Shown: piece after piece, positions 40,472-50,755 of the stretch
Layout: each line of letters starts with the position of its first letter
Numbering within the stretch: position 1 is the first letter of the stretch
Source of the DNA: SAR202 cluster bacterium
GTDB taxonomy: Bacteria > Chloroflexota > Dehalococcoidia > Lucifugimonadales > UBA1123
Direction: 5' to 3'
Assembly (NCBI GenBank): GCA_030752795.1
Contig: JASMDM010000044.1
Span: forward strand, 17,096-81,095
Length of the DNA stretch: 64,000 nucleotides
Translations under genes and position numbers: made by a program
Notes under the pieces: generated by a model
The model's database searches: none
What the model was told of the DNA's origin: nothing
Seen by the model: the letters and a program-made list of their open reading frames with translations, nothing else

Positions 40472-41509
40472 TCAGACGGCTGTTTCCCTCATCGTCGCAT
40501 CGAAGACGTCGAGGGTGTAATCGATGTCTTCCGACGTTATGCCGTAGTGGGTGACATACCGCCATCGCTGGGCGGGTCCGCCGCCCTTGACGCCGCGCTC
40601 GTTGAGCTTGCGAGCCAGTCCCGCCCGGTCCGGGTGGTCGACTTCGAAGAACACCAGATTCGTCTGCAGGCTATCGGGGTCGATGGTGACGCCGGGAATG
40701 TTTGCCAATCCTGTCGCGAGCTTGCGGGCGTTGGCATGGTCTTCGGCAAGCCGGTCGACCATCGTGTCCAGCGCGACGATTCCCGCTGCCGCGACGATGC
40801 CTACCTGCCTCATACTGCCGCCAACGATTTTGCGCCATCGCCGAGATCGGGCGATGAAGTCGTGGCTGCCGCAGATTATCGAGCCTATGGGGCAGCTCAG
40901 GCCCTTGGACAGACAAAACGTGATCGAGTCTGCATCTTTGGCCAACTCGGCAACCGGAGCCTCGAGCGCGACCGCAGCGTTGAAAATCCGAGCGCCGTCG
41001 ATGTGGAGGGGCGTTTCGCGATCGTGGGCGATGTCGGCAATCGTCTTTGTGTCCTCCGGTGTGAGAACCGCTCCGCCGCACGCGTTTTGGGTGTTCTCGA
41101 GCGCGACAACGGCGGTGCGGGGTTGGTGTACGTCGTTCGGCCTGAACGCCGCGATGACGTCATCCGGATTCAGCATCCCTCGGTCGTCGTTGGGAATCGT
41201 GTGGAACGAGATTCCACCGAGCACGGACGCGCCGCCGGCTTCGCTCCTAAAGATGTGGGCTTTGTTCCCAAGAATGATCTCGTCGCCGCGACCGGCGTGC
41301 GAGAGCATCGACACGAGGTTGCCCATCGTCCCGCTTGCGACGAACACGGCTGCTTCTTTGCCCATGCGGTCGGCGGCAATCGCTTCGAGGCGATTCAGCG
41401 TCGGATCATCGCCGAATACGTCGTCGCCGACTTCGGCTTCGGCCATCGCGCGGCGCATCTCGGGAGTCGGGTGGGTAACCGTGTCGCTTCGTAGATCGAC
41501 ATCTCGCAT
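40472..41509 (-). CDS. ltaE: low-specificity L-threonine aldolase
   Basis: [42 protein letters not shown]...ASGTMGNL...[12 protein letters not shown] (PLP-lysine region). Confidence 0.92.
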   Translation of the reverse strand: MRDVDLRSDTVTHPTPEMRRAMAEAEVGDDVFGDDPTLNRLEAIAADRMGKEAAVFVASGTMGNLVSMLSHAGRGDEIILGNKAHIFRSEAGGASVLGGISFHTIPNDDRGMLNPDDVIAAFRPNDVHQPRTAVVALENTQNACGGAVLTPEDTKTIADIAHDRETPLHIDGARIFNAAVALEAPVAELAKDADSITFCLSKGLSCPIGSIICGSHDFIARSRRWRKIVGGSMRQVGIVAAAGIVALDTMVDRLAEDHANARKLATGLANIPGVTIDPDSLQTNLVFFEVDHPDRAGLARKLNERGVKGGGPAQRWRYVTHYGITSEDIDYTLDVFDATMRETAV

Positions 41510-41634
41510 TAGCGTGCCTCCAACATCGGGAAACCAGTTTCAATCACGCGCACAATTCTATCAAAGCCAGCTTGTCAAACGCTATCGTCTCGCCTAAGAT
41601 TTACCTGGTTCGAAGCTCTTTCACTGGTTCCAGA

Positions 41635-42288
41635 ATGACACAGCAACATCTCACATTAGAAAGCGGCCATCTTTCGTTGGAGTCCGTGCTTGACATCCCC
41701 GACTCCAACGACAAAGTTCCCGGCGTGGTTCTGTGCCATCCCGATCCTCGCTATGGCGGCGACATGGACAACGACATCGTTGTCAGAACGGCGCGAGACT
41801 TGGCGAGCGCGGGCATCGCTGCTCTCCGGTTCAACACGCGGGGCGTTGGGAACAGCGACGGCGAGTTCGACCGCGGCAACGGCGAGACCGACGACATGCT
41901 GTCCGCCGTGAACATGCTCGAGGTGCACGAAAAGATCGACCCAAGCAGAATCGGTGTATTCGGATACTCCTTCGGCGCGTCCGTGGCACTCCAGACGGCA
42001 GGGGAGTCGAGCGTCGTCAAGGCCGTGGCGTCGGTCTCGTGTCCGGCAACGATCTTCAGAGTGTTGGGTTCGATAGAAATGCTGCAACCGAAACTATTCG
42101 TGATGGGCGACAAAGACCACAACTTCCCGGTCGAACAATTCCGGTTTCTCACCAAGCGATACTCCGAGCCCAGAGAGGTGTCTGTTGTCACCGGCGCTGA
42201 TCACCACTTCCGCGGCATCGAATCGATCGTGGGCGAGATGACGGCCGACTTTTTCATCCGACGGTTGACCGGCGACCAGGCGGGCTAA
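41635..42288 (+). CDS. alpha/beta hydrolase (COG2945-like), paralog 1
   Basis: ...GVVLCHPDPRYGGDMDNDIV...RFNTRGVGNSDGEF...VFGYSFGASVAL (nucleophile elbow G-Y-S-F-G). Confidence 0.8.
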   Translation: MTQQHLTLESGHLSLESVLDIPDSNDKVPGVVLCHPDPRYGGDMDNDIVVRTARDLASAGIAALRFNTRGVGNSDGEFDRGNGETDDMLSAVNMLEVHEKIDPSRIGVFGYSFGASVALQTAGESSVVKAVASVSCPATIFRVLGSIEMLQPKLFVMGDKDHNFPVEQFRFLTKRYSEPREVSVVTGADHHFRGIESIVGEMTADFFIRRLTGDQAG

Positions 42289-42289
42289 C

Positions 42290-42931
42290 GTGCGGCAAGC
42301 GGCAATCTCGTTTCGAAGCAAACGCCTGACGCTCGACGGAGTGATCTCGACCCCAGGCCAATCCGACGACGAACCAGGGGCGCTCGTCGTGTGCCACTCG
42401 CATCCAACACTGGGCGGCGACATGACCGACGCAGTGGTGATGGCGATTTGCGAGGCGGCGGACTCGGTGGGAATGGCTACTCTCCGATTTAATTTCCGAG
42501 GCGTCGGTGATAGCGAAGGGCAGTTCACCAACGGCGACGAGGAAGGGCACGACGTCAAGGCCGCCGTCGACACGATCCGCAGGTGGCCAGGAATCGACGG
42601 CAGGAGGGTGGCCATCGCCGGGTACTCGCTTGGCGCAGCGATCATTCTCGACAATCTGAAACGGCTAAAGCAAGCCCGAGCCATCGTGGTGGTTGCTCCC
42701 ACCGTCGAGTCGCTCAAGAACCCGAAATTCGCTGGCGACGAGCGGCCTCGGCTGGTGGTGGCGGGTCAGAACGACAAGGTGGCGCCGTCGCTCGCGATCC
42801 AACGCGAACTCGACTCCGCGAGTCAACCGCTGAGATTCGCCGAGATGCTCGACGCGGACCATTCGATGCGCGGCCACGAATCCATGGTCGGTGATCTTGT
42901 AGCCGAGTTCGTCGCGGGCGCGCTCGCCTGA
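42290..42931 (+). CDS. alpha/beta hydrolase (COG2945-like), paralog 2
   Basis: GTG start 1 nt after the paralog 1 stop. ...LVVCHSHPTLGGDMTDAVV...RFNFRGVGDSEGQF...IAGYSLGAAI. Confidence 0.8.
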   Translation: MRQAAISFRSKRLTLDGVISTPGQSDDEPGALVVCHSHPTLGGDMTDAVVMAICEAADSVGMATLRFNFRGVGDSEGQFTNGDEEGHDVKAAVDTIRRWPGIDGRRVAIAGYSLGAAIILDNLKRLKQARAIVVVAPTVESLKNPKFAGDERPRLVVAGQNDKVAPSLAIQRELDSASQPLRFAEMLDADHSMRGHESMVGDLVAEFVAGALA

Positions 42932-43131
42932 GAGCACGCTGGATCGCGTGAGGTCCGTCCGTCTGTGACCCGATTTCAGCGCCCATTTCTTTGACTTGGC
43001 GTAGGCCGATCACGCGAGTCCGCAGATATTTTTGTTTGCGACTGAGGCCCTCAGCTACGCTTGACGCATCGGGACGTGGCTTTCGAAGTTTAGATGTAGG
43101 CGCCAACAGATCTGAACGTTCGGAGGTTGCG

Positions 43132-44523
43132 GTGACATACGAAACCAGGGATCGCCTCGAACGAGACTCGATGGGCGAGTTCCAAGTTCCGGTCGACGCC
43201 TATTACGGCACCAACATGATGCGCGCCGTGCTCAACTTCCCGATCAGCGATCTGCGGTTCGGACGGTCGTTCATCCGGGCGATCGCGTCGATTAAGCAGG
43301 CGGCTGCCAACGCTAACGCGGAGCTCGGGTTGTTGAATCCGGAACTGGCCGGTGCGATCGTCCAAGCCGCGGCTGAAGCTGACAAGGGCGAATTCGACGA
43401 TCAATTCGTAGTCGACATTTTCCAGCCCGGGTCGGGCACCTCGACCAACATGAATGCCAACGAGGTGATCTCAAATCGTGCGATCGAGATTCTCGGCGGC
43501 GAAAAGGGCTCTCGCACACCGGTGCATCCCAACGATCACGTCAACCTGGGCCAATCGTCCAACGACGTAATCCCAACCGCCATCCACGTCGCCGCGCTGA
43601 AGGCCGTCTACGACGAGCTCGTTCCGGCGCTGAAAAAGCTTCGTACATCGCTTCGGGTGACGGCTGACGAGTTCATGGAAGTCGTGAAGACCGGCCGGAC
43701 TCACTTGCAAGACGCAACACCGATTCGTCTGGGACAAGAGTTTGTCGGGCATGCCGGCCAGTTGGATCGGGCGATCGTGCGACTACGTGCGGCCGAATCC
43801 GAGCTTGGCGAAGTCGCGCTGGGCGGCACGGCCGTCGGCGCCGGCGTAAACGGTCACCCTAAGTTGGCGCCGAAAGTCTGCGCCGAACTCACCGAGATGC
43901 TTGGCGTCGATATCCGCGAAACGTCGAATCACTTCCAGGCGCAAAGCACCCTGGACAACATAGTCGCCGCCAGCGGCGCTTTGAAAACCGTGGCTGTCAG
44001 CCTGATGAAGATCGCCAACGACATTCGCTGGCTCGGGTCCGGGCCCCGCGCCGGGTTCGGCGAGATCACGCTGCCTGAGGTGCAACCGGGCAGCTCGATC
44101 ATGCCCGGCAAAGTCAACCCGGTCATACCCGAGTCGGTTTGCCAGGTGGCGGCACAAGTCATCGGCAGTGACGCAACTATCGCCGTTGCAGGGCAGTCTG
44201 GCAATTTCGAGATCAACGTCATGATGCCGGTGGCAGCGTACAACCTGCTTCAATCGATAGACCTGATGGCCACCGCGTCCGCCAACTTCGCCGAGCATTG
44301 CATCGACGGATTGCAGGCTACAACCGCCGGACCCGACATGTTGGATCGCGGGCTCGCAATCGTGACGACGCTCGTTCCGCACATCGGATACGACGCCGCG
44401 GCCGCGATCGCGCACGAGGCCGGGGAGACAGGTCAGACGATCAAGGCAGTGGCGCTGCTCCGTACGGATCTGTCAAGCGACGAGCTCGACAAAATCCTCG
44501 ACCCGTCGACGATGACGGGGTAG
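43132..44523 (+). CDS. class II fumarase/aspartase-family lyase (fumarate hydratase or aspartate ammonia-lyase)
   Basis: GTG at 43132 with GGAGG 5 nt upstream. ...GSGTSTNMNANEV..., GQSSNDVIPTA, and the signature GSSIMPGKVNP. I cannot separate FumC from AspA by eye. Confidence 0.9.
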   Translation: MTYETRDRLERDSMGEFQVPVDAYYGTNMMRAVLNFPISDLRFGRSFIRAIASIKQAAANANAELGLLNPELAGAIVQAAAEADKGEFDDQFVVDIFQPGSGTSTNMNANEVISNRAIEILGGEKGSRTPVHPNDHVNLGQSSNDVIPTAIHVAALKAVYDELVPALKKLRTSLRVTADEFMEVVKTGRTHLQDATPIRLGQEFVGHAGQLDRAIVRLRAAESELGEVALGGTAVGAGVNGHPKLAPKVCAELTEMLGVDIRETSNHFQAQSTLDNIVAASGALKTVAVSLMKIANDIRWLGSGPRAGFGEITLPEVQPGSSIMPGKVNPVIPESVCQVAAQVIGSDATIAVAGQSGNFEINVMMPVAAYNLLQSIDLMATASANFAEHCIDGLQATTAGPDMLDRGLAIVTTLVPHIGYDAAAAIAHEAGETGQTIKAVALLRTDLSSDELDKILDPSTMTG

Positions 44524-44783
44524 GGCGCTGGTCTCGGTCCAAGGGCCATGCAGCCTACGCAGAAGCGACAGGACCGACATCTAGAGCGGGCCGTAGCGCG
44601 CCGAGGAGCCGGTTTCTGTATCTTTGGCAACTCAACCTACGTGCGTTGACCTCGCCACGCAACGTGCTTACCGTTCCGCCGATTTACGCTTTCGGTTGCG
44701 GGTCGAGGCGCAATCCGGTCATCGGACGGCAGATTCATACACATCTCTCGCTGACATCTTCTGGGCCCAACAGTCCGGTAGTG

Positions 44784-44933
44784 ATGATCTGTATGTACTG
44801 CAAAAACATCCAAGACGTGCAACACAATTGGCACGCTTTGGAGAGCGTCCTTCAATCGCTGGAACGGAACTGCATCTTCTCCCACGGCATCTGCTCTGAT
44901 TGCCAAGACCAACAGGTCGGTTCGCTCGAATGA
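44784..44933 (+). CDS. small Cys-rich (CxxC...CxxC) putative zinc-ribbon protein, 49 aa
   Basis: MICMYCKNIQDVQHNWHALESVLQSLERNCIFSHGICSDCQDQQVGSLE. It sits in an AT-richer spacer and is followed by a strong terminator. Coding status is unproven. Confidence 0.4.
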   Translation: MICMYCKNIQDVQHNWHALESVLQSLERNCIFSHGICSDCQDQQVGSLE

Positions 44934-45032
44934 TTAAGCGAGGTTCGGCAATTCCCACGGACTGGCTCGACATTGAGGGATGGGCATAAGAAGCAAAACG
45001 TGCTTCCGGGAAGCGTCAGGAACCGCAGATGC

Positions 45033-45072
45033 AAAACCACCCCGGCGTTGAATCACGTCCGGGGTGGTTTTT
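45033..45072. terminator. bidirectional rho-independent terminator between convergent genes
   Basis: AAAACCACCCCGG-cgttgaatcacgt-CCGGGGTGGTTTTT. The 9-bp GC-rich stem has A/T tracts on both sides. Confidence 0.7.
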
Positions 45073-45109
45073 CGTTACTTGGTGAAGATCAAGTTGTCGG
45101 CAGCCAAGG

Positions 45110-48100
45110 CTACATCGTCAGGCGTTTGTACAGATACAGCAGGCGCTCGGGGAGGTCGTAGATGTTGTCCAGGACCTCGTAGCCCATGTCCGCACACATC
45201 GTCTTCAGGTAATCGTGGCCGTTCTTATCGACGGTGAGGCAGAACGCGTTGATGTTCTTGCGCCTGGCCTCGTCGAGCGCCATTTTGGTGTCGTGGACCG
45301 CGTACTCTTTCTCGACGCCCTCGCGGCTGTAACCCCTGTCTTGAGGCCTGCCGTCGCTGACCAGGAACAGTATCTTGGTCCTCGCGTCCTGCTTCTCGAG
45401 TTTGGTGGTAGCGTGGCGAATCGCGGGCCCCATCCTGGTGGCGTGGAGAGGCGCCACCCTGTCGATGCGCTTCTTGACGCGATCCGAGAAGTTCTCGTCG
45501 AGCTCCTTGATCGTGTAGAACTCGACGTTCTCGCGACCATAGCCTGAGAAGCCGTAAATGCCGTAGATGTCGCCGATCGCCTCTAGAGCGTTGACGATCA
45601 GAACGATCGCCTCTTTCTCGACATCGATGATGCGTTTGTATGATCGCCTGGCAGCCTCGCCGCGACGCGTTCGGAGCCACACCATGTACTCGACCGGATC
45701 GTCCGGGGCGTCCCAGTCGTCGGCGGTGCGCTTGCCTTCGTCGATGGCCTCGGCGGTGGATGCGCTGGTGTCGATCAGGAACGCCGCGGCAACGTCGCGC
45801 TGAACCTTGTTCCTGCGCCAGTAGAACTTGTCGCTCGGGCTGACGCCGGTCTTCATGTCGACCATCGCCTCGATGACCTCGTCGATGTCGATCTCCTCGC
45901 CGTCTTCGAGCTTGCGGACCCTTCGGAACATCTCCGGAACCATCATCTCGAACTGTCGCCTGATCTTCGTGACGAGCCCGCCGAATTCGTGGAGCGTGGC
46001 GCCGTAGAAGGCCGGGTCGCCCTCTTGCATCGTCTTTTGTCGCACGATGCACCATCGCGGCTTGTAGTCGTCGGCCCGGAAGTCCCACTCGTCGTACACG
46101 AACGTCTGAGGCTCGCTAGCCTCCAGTTCGGAACCTTCCTCGTCGACGTGCGTGAACGGCCCCTGGCCGAACTCAGGGTTGTCCGGCAGGTTCAGTCCCG
46201 CCTCTTTCAAGAGATTGTCAGCGAACAGGCCCTGCGAATTCTGGATGTCGCCCTGGACCGCCTGCAGGTCCAACTCGGCGCTGTTCTGTAGCAACTCTTC
46301 GAGCTGTTCTTGTGTGATCGGGTCGCCGGAGGCTTCGCCCACCGAATCCTGATCCTGCATTCTGAGTTGACTGAGCAGTTGAACGAGCTCGGGTTTGAAG
46401 TCGCCTCGGAAGTCGACGTCCTCGATGGATTCGTACTCCTGCTCCGAGTCCGGCCGCATCTCCATCTCCATGCCGTCGGCCATTTGTTGGAAGAGCTGCT
46501 CCATCTCGGCGGGGTCCATGTACTGGTCGTCTTGCTCTTCGTCCTCGCCAACGTCGACGTCTTCCCAGTCTTCCGGCGGCACTTCCTCGTTCGGGATGGC
46601 CGCGATGATGGCGTAGACGCGCAACGTCGCTTCGGCGGTGTCTTCGACGGTGGAGCCGGCGCTGAGCACTCGTTTCGCGATGGCCGCGATCTGCTTGGCT
46701 TGGTCCACGTACTCCAGCGGCGCCGGAATGGTTTTCTCTTGCTGCAGGCTTAGCCGCACCAAGAACTCGACCAGCGCCTCTCGGACAGGCAGAGACTGAA
46801 TCTCGGGCCGGCCCTCGTTCGAATCTTGTTGGACTCGGTCGTACGCGCTGCGGATGCCGGGGTACTCGTTCTTGACCGTGAAGTCGAGCCTGCCGTCTTC
46901 TACGACGGTGAACACGTCGAGCGCCAACTTGCGGTCTTCGAACATGTTGAAGAACCGTTGCATATCGGTGATCCAGGCGCGTTCGAGCCCTTCGCCTTCG
47001 ATTTCGCCTTGCTCAACGGATTGGGACGGCCGAGAGCGGCTCGCTTCAAGCTCGGCCCGGCGGTCGTTGAATATCTCGGACGGCCGGTCGAATTCGAAGT
47101 AGAAGCTTCCGAACTCAAGGTGGGCGACCTGGTGGGTCGAGACCACTTTGAACCACGAGAAGTTCTCGGGCTTGCTCTGATATCGGTCCACGATGCCCGG
47201 AACGAAGACGGTTGAGCCTTCAGTCGAGGGCGATTCGGCGGAAACCCAGCCGATGTTCTTATCGACAAGATCCCCGGACGCTGCGAGCTTGATTTCGGCG
47301 CCCGCCAGAGCACGGCAGTACATTTCCATGACCGGCTTGATGTGGTCGAACTCCACGCCCGATGAGAGCGCGACAAGCGTCGCCTCGGAATGAGCCGATT
47401 CGATCTTGAAGTATGCTAGACCGCCGTCGGGGTTCTGTCGCAGCAGGTTGACTCCTTCGTCGAACCAACGCTCGACCTGAGTCATCGAAAGGCGGTCCAT
47501 GATTTGTGAACAGCCCTTGATGAACTCAGGGACAGCGACCGGCGACTCTTCCATGAGCGCTTCGGCCAGTGTCAGGATTCGCGCGTGGTGCTCTGAGCTG
47601 ACCTGCGACAACGCTTGCGAAGTCTCCAGCATCACGTTGGGGATGTTCGTGCCGCCGGCCTGGACCTGCCGCTCGGCGATCTTGAGGAACCGGAATCGCT
47701 GGTCCTCGCCGATCTTCGGCAACGCTTTCGCGCCGGACTCGAAGAAGCTCTTGACCTCTCGCCATCCGGAATCTACGAGGGCGGTCGCTAGGCCGATGAA
47801 AGCGGTCTTGTCTTCGCCGATGAGCGGGAAGATCTGCTGGCCCAGAGCGAGGCACTCGGCCGCCAGATCGTACGACCGGTGCGAAAGAGCGTCGAGGAAG
47901 CCGGCAAATCGCTCCAGCTCGGGGAACGAAAGGCTTTCCATCAGCGCGGGGCTGTACGCGAAGAACTTGCACGCGAGGGTGCTGGACTTCCAAGTGCCTT
48001 TGTAAAGGCTGCTGCCCAGCTTGGCCCAGCCCTCGATATGTCGGGAGCGAAGTTGGGCCATCGCCTCGGGGCTAGCCTCGAAGTACGCGGTGGCCAGGGT

Positions 48101-48394
48101 AGGGGACTCGCCGCAGAGCTCGGTGCCACATTCAGTCCATCGCATGAAGTAGTTGAACGGCATGTACGTCAGCACCTGAGGGCTGACGCGGTAGTACTGA
48201 GCCGCGGCCTCCCACGACCTGACGGTTTGCTCGGCAATCTTCAGCCCGGCCATCGCCCATTGGGCGACCGACTCTTCATCGAGGCTGGCCGGCATTTGCG
48301 CATGGGCTTTCTCGAACTCGTCGGTGACCGGCGCAGGAAACCGGCGGAAATGTTCCTGCATCTCTTCGAGTGTCGGCGGTCCTGTGTTTTCCAC
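45110..48394 (-). CDS. 1094-aa NorD/CbbO-like protein with C-terminal von Willebrand factor A (VWA) domain
   Basis: GTG start with AAGGAG 5 nt upstream, overlapping the Nudix stop. The C-terminal part reads ...AAAFLIDTSASTAE (MIDAS DxSxS)...ILFLVSDGRPQD.... The central part reads ...VVSTHQVAHLEFGSFYFEF, and there is a long acidic linker. Confidence 0.85.
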   Translation of the reverse strand: MENTGPPTLEEMQEHFRRFPAPVTDEFEKAHAQMPASLDEESVAQWAMAGLKIAEQTVRSWEAAAQYYRVSPQVLTYMPFNYFMRWTECGTELCGESPTLATAYFEASPEAMAQLRSRHIEGWAKLGSSLYKGTWKSSTLACKFFAYSPALMESLSFPELERFAGFLDALSHRSYDLAAECLALGQQIFPLIGEDKTAFIGLATALVDSGWREVKSFFESGAKALPKIGEDQRFRFLKIAERQVQAGGTNIPNVMLETSQALSQVSSEHHARILTLAEALMEESPVAVPEFIKGCSQIMDRLSMTQVERWFDEGVNLLRQNPDGGLAYFKIESAHSEATLVALSSGVEFDHIKPVMEMYCRALAGAEIKLAASGDLVDKNIGWVSAESPSTEGSTVFVPGIVDRYQSKPENFSWFKVVSTHQVAHLEFGSFYFEFDRPSEIFNDRRAELEASRSRPSQSVEQGEIEGEGLERAWITDMQRFFNMFEDRKLALDVFTVVEDGRLDFTVKNEYPGIRSAYDRVQQDSNEGRPEIQSLPVREALVEFLVRLSLQQEKTIPAPLEYVDQAKQIAAIAKRVLSAGSTVEDTAEATLRVYAIIAAIPNEEVPPEDWEDVDVGEDEEQDDQYMDPAEMEQLFQQMADGMEMEMRPDSEQEYESIEDVDFRGDFKPELVQLLSQLRMQDQDSVGEASGDPITQEQLEELLQNSAELDLQAVQGDIQNSQGLFADNLLKEAGLNLPDNPEFGQGPFTHVDEEGSELEASEPQTFVYDEWDFRADDYKPRWCIVRQKTMQEGDPAFYGATLHEFGGLVTKIRRQFEMMVPEMFRRVRKLEDGEEIDIDEVIEAMVDMKTGVSPSDKFYWRRNKVQRDVAAAFLIDTSASTAEAIDEGKRTADDWDAPDDPVEYMVWLRTRRGEAARRSYKRIIDVEKEAIVLIVNALEAIGDIYGIYGFSGYGRENVEFYTIKELDENFSDRVKKRIDRVAPLHATRMGPAIRHATTKLEKQDARTKILFLVSDGRPQDRGYSREGVEKEYAVHDTKMALDEARRKNINAFCLTVDKNGHDYLKTMCADMGYEVLDNIYDLPERLLYLYKRLTM

Positions 48395-48403
48395 GCGGTC
48401 TCC

Positions 48404-48982
48404 TTAAGCGGTCCAATCTCCTAAAACGTCCAGGAAATTGACCAATACTCGTGCGGTTGCGCCGAATATCACGTGTCCTTCAAATACGAAGGAAGGGGAG
48501 TTCTCCGGTTGACCGTTCTTGATGCGAATCTCGTCTCGTCGGTTGCTTTGGCAGCGCAGGTGTTCGATGGGCGCTTCGATGACTTCCGCCACTTCGTACT
48601 TGCTCGGAACGAAATCGTAGGGATACGGAATGGTGCCGACATAGGCGCTGATGAGGAACTTGGAGATCGTCGGCACGTCGTCGAGTTGACCGAGGACCTG
48701 GACGTCATCGGGACGGATCCCCATCTCCTCGTGCGTCTCTCGGAGCGCCGTGTGCAGCATCGAACCGTCTCCGCGGTCCATGCTGCCGCCGGGGAACGAG
48801 ATTTCGCCTTTGTGGTGCTCAACTTTGTCGGTTCGTTTGTTGAGCAGGACGCAATACTCCCCGTTTTTGGGGTAAACGACCAGCATGACGCCCGCGGGGC
48901 GAAGAGCGCCGTCTTCGACGGTTTTCCTGGTGCAGTCTGCAAGGGCTTGCCTGATCTGCTCTATGGGTGATGCGCTCAACAA
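48404..48982 (-). CDS. NUDIX hydrolase, CoA pyrophosphatase type
   Basis: VLLNKRTDKVEHHKGEISFPGGSMD matches the CoA-Nudix LLTxR..x..H.G...FPGG signature. The Nudix box is GSMLHTALRETHEEMGI. Confidence 0.85.
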   Translation of the reverse strand: MLSASPIEQIRQALADCTRKTVEDGALRPAGVMLVVYPKNGEYCVLLNKRTDKVEHHKGEISFPGGSMDRGDGSMLHTALRETHEEMGIRPDDVQVLGQLDDVPTISKFLISAYVGTIPYPYDFVPSKYEVAEVIEAPIEHLRCQSNRRDEIRIKNGQPENSPSFVFEGHVIFGATARVLVNFLDVLGDWTA

Positions 48983-49037
48983 GCGCCTCCGCCCGGGTAG
49001 CGTCCCCGGCCTGAGCTAACGTGATCGAAGGGCAAGC

Positions 49038-49955
49038 CTATTCGAAGACAGATGTGGTCAGCTCCTCAATGCTCCGTTGCACGGTGTGGTCATCGGTGAC
49101 AGCCCAGTTCACGGCCACCTGGCATGCACGTCTAGGCGTGATTCCCTGCTTGATGAGCTGTCCCGCGTATATCAGCAACCGCGTGCTGGCGCCTTCGCCC
49201 AAGCCGTGCTCTTTGAGGTTGCGGACCTTCTCTCCCAACTTGGCGAGCTGGAGAGCCGTGTCAGGGTCGACGCCGGATTCGTGCGCCACAATTTCGGCTT
49301 CCGTTTCTCGCGGAGGATAATCGAACTCGATGGATATGAACCTCTGACGCGTGCTGTGCTTGAGGTCTTTCAGCGCGCTTTGGTAGCCAGGGTTGTAGGA
49401 GAGGATCAGCAGGAAGCCCTCTCCGGCCTCCAGCAGCTCGCCGCGTTTCTCGACCGGCAAGATGCGCCGATGGTCAGTCAACGGGTGGATCAAAACAGTC
49501 GTGTCTTTGCGCGCTTCGACGATTTCGTCCAAGTAGCAGATGCCTCCGGCTTTAACAGCCCGGCTCAGAGGACCATCGATCCAAACGGTCCTGTCGCCTT
49601 CCAGAAGGTACCGGCCCACCAGGTCGCTGGCGGTGAGGTCTTCGTGACAGGCGATCGTGATCAAAGGAAGGTTGTCCGGTTCGGCGTCATCGCCGTTGGT
49701 CGATTCCGCAGCCGTCGTTGCATCGGGGTTCTGGCGGATGCGAGTCAAGGGCTGCGCCAGTCGATAGGACATGTATTCAACAAATTTGGTCTTGCCGCAA
49801 CCGGTTGGGCCCTTGAAGATGATTGGAATCTTTTGAGCATACGCGGCTTCGAAGAGCTCGATTTCATCGCCCACCGGAAGGTAGTATGGCTCTTCGGTTA
49901 TGTGGTATTCCTCGATGATATAGCTACGAAAAAGCGTCCGTTTTGTTGATGTCAT
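49038..49955 (-). CDS. CbbQ/NirQ/NorQ/GvpN-family (MoxR-class) AAA+ ATPase
   Basis: ...[18 protein letters not shown] (Walker A)...[14 protein letters not shown] (Walker B). About 300 aa, typical of the family. Confidence 0.9.
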   Translation of the reverse strand: MTSTKRTLFRSYIIEEYHITEEPYYLPVGDEIELFEAAYAQKIPIIFKGPTGCGKTKFVEYMSYRLAQPLTRIRQNPDATTAAESTNGDDAEPDNLPLITIACHEDLTASDLVGRYLLEGDRTVWIDGPLSRAVKAGGICYLDEIVEARKDTTVLIHPLTDHRRILPVEKRGELLEAGEGFLLILSYNPGYQSALKDLKHSTRQRFISIEFDYPPRETEAEIVAHESGVDPDTALQLAKLGEKVRNLKEHGLGEGASTRLLIYAGQLIKQGITPRRACQVAVNWAVTDDHTVQRSIEELTTSVFE

Positions 49956-49973
49956 CTGTTGTGTCCGCTCTCC

Positions 49974-50576
49974 TTAGGTCTGGCTCAGGGCCCGCTGGCG
50001 CCAGGTCTCCTCGACGTGTTCCCTCAACTCGTCGAGTCCTCGATCGTTGGCGATGACTGCGTGGGCGTGTCCGGCGCGCTCTTCCTGGGACATCTGGCTG
50101 GATATCCTGGACCGTGCCGTCTCTTCGTCCATGTTGTTGCGATCGCGGAGACGAGCGATAACTGCTTCCTCCGGCGACGTTGTAACCCAAATTTCGTCGG
50201 CCAGCGGGGTCCATCCGGCCTCGATCAAAATCGCGGCTTCGATGACGATTCGCGTGACGCCGTCGCCATTGAGAACCGCGATGCGCTCTTCGATCATTTC
50301 GTAGATGCGCGGATGCATAATCGCGTTGAGCTGGTCCATCTTCGCGGGATCGCCGAACACGATCGGGCCGAGCTTCCGACGATCGATTTCACCCGATTCC
50401 GACACGACATCGTCGCCGAACGCATCTACGACGTCTTGGAACGTCTTCGTGCCGGGAAGATAAGCATCATGACCGACCAAGTCGGCGTTGATAATTGTTG
50501 CGCCAAACTCGGACAGAATCTCCGAAACTTGTGTCTTGCCGGTGCCTATGCCGCCGGTGAGTCCAATAACGAACAT
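49974..50576 (-). CDS. coaE: dephospho-CoA kinase
   Basis: MFVIGLTGGIGTGKTQVSEIL...INADLVGH..., 200 aa. Confidence 0.92.
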   Translation of the reverse strand: MFVIGLTGGIGTGKTQVSEILSEFGATIINADLVGHDAYLPGTKTFQDVVDAFGDDVVSESGEIDRRKLGPIVFGDPAKMDQLNAIMHPRIYEMIEERIAVLNGDGVTRIVIEAAILIEAGWTPLADEIWVTTSPEEAVIARLRDRNNMDEETARSRISSQMSQEERAGHAHAVIANDRGLDELREHVEETWRQRALSQT

Positions 50577-50755
50577 GCGAATATCGCCACCCTGGAAAAT
50601 TCAACATATTCTACTAGAGCCGACGAAAGCGGGTCAACCTGCCGGATGAACGTTCGGCAGGCATGCGCATGCGTCAATCAACGCGATAATTATCACGTTG
50701 ACTCAAAGAACGCAACGATGTTGGCTTCAACCGACTGCCTGCAGACGAATGTGGA

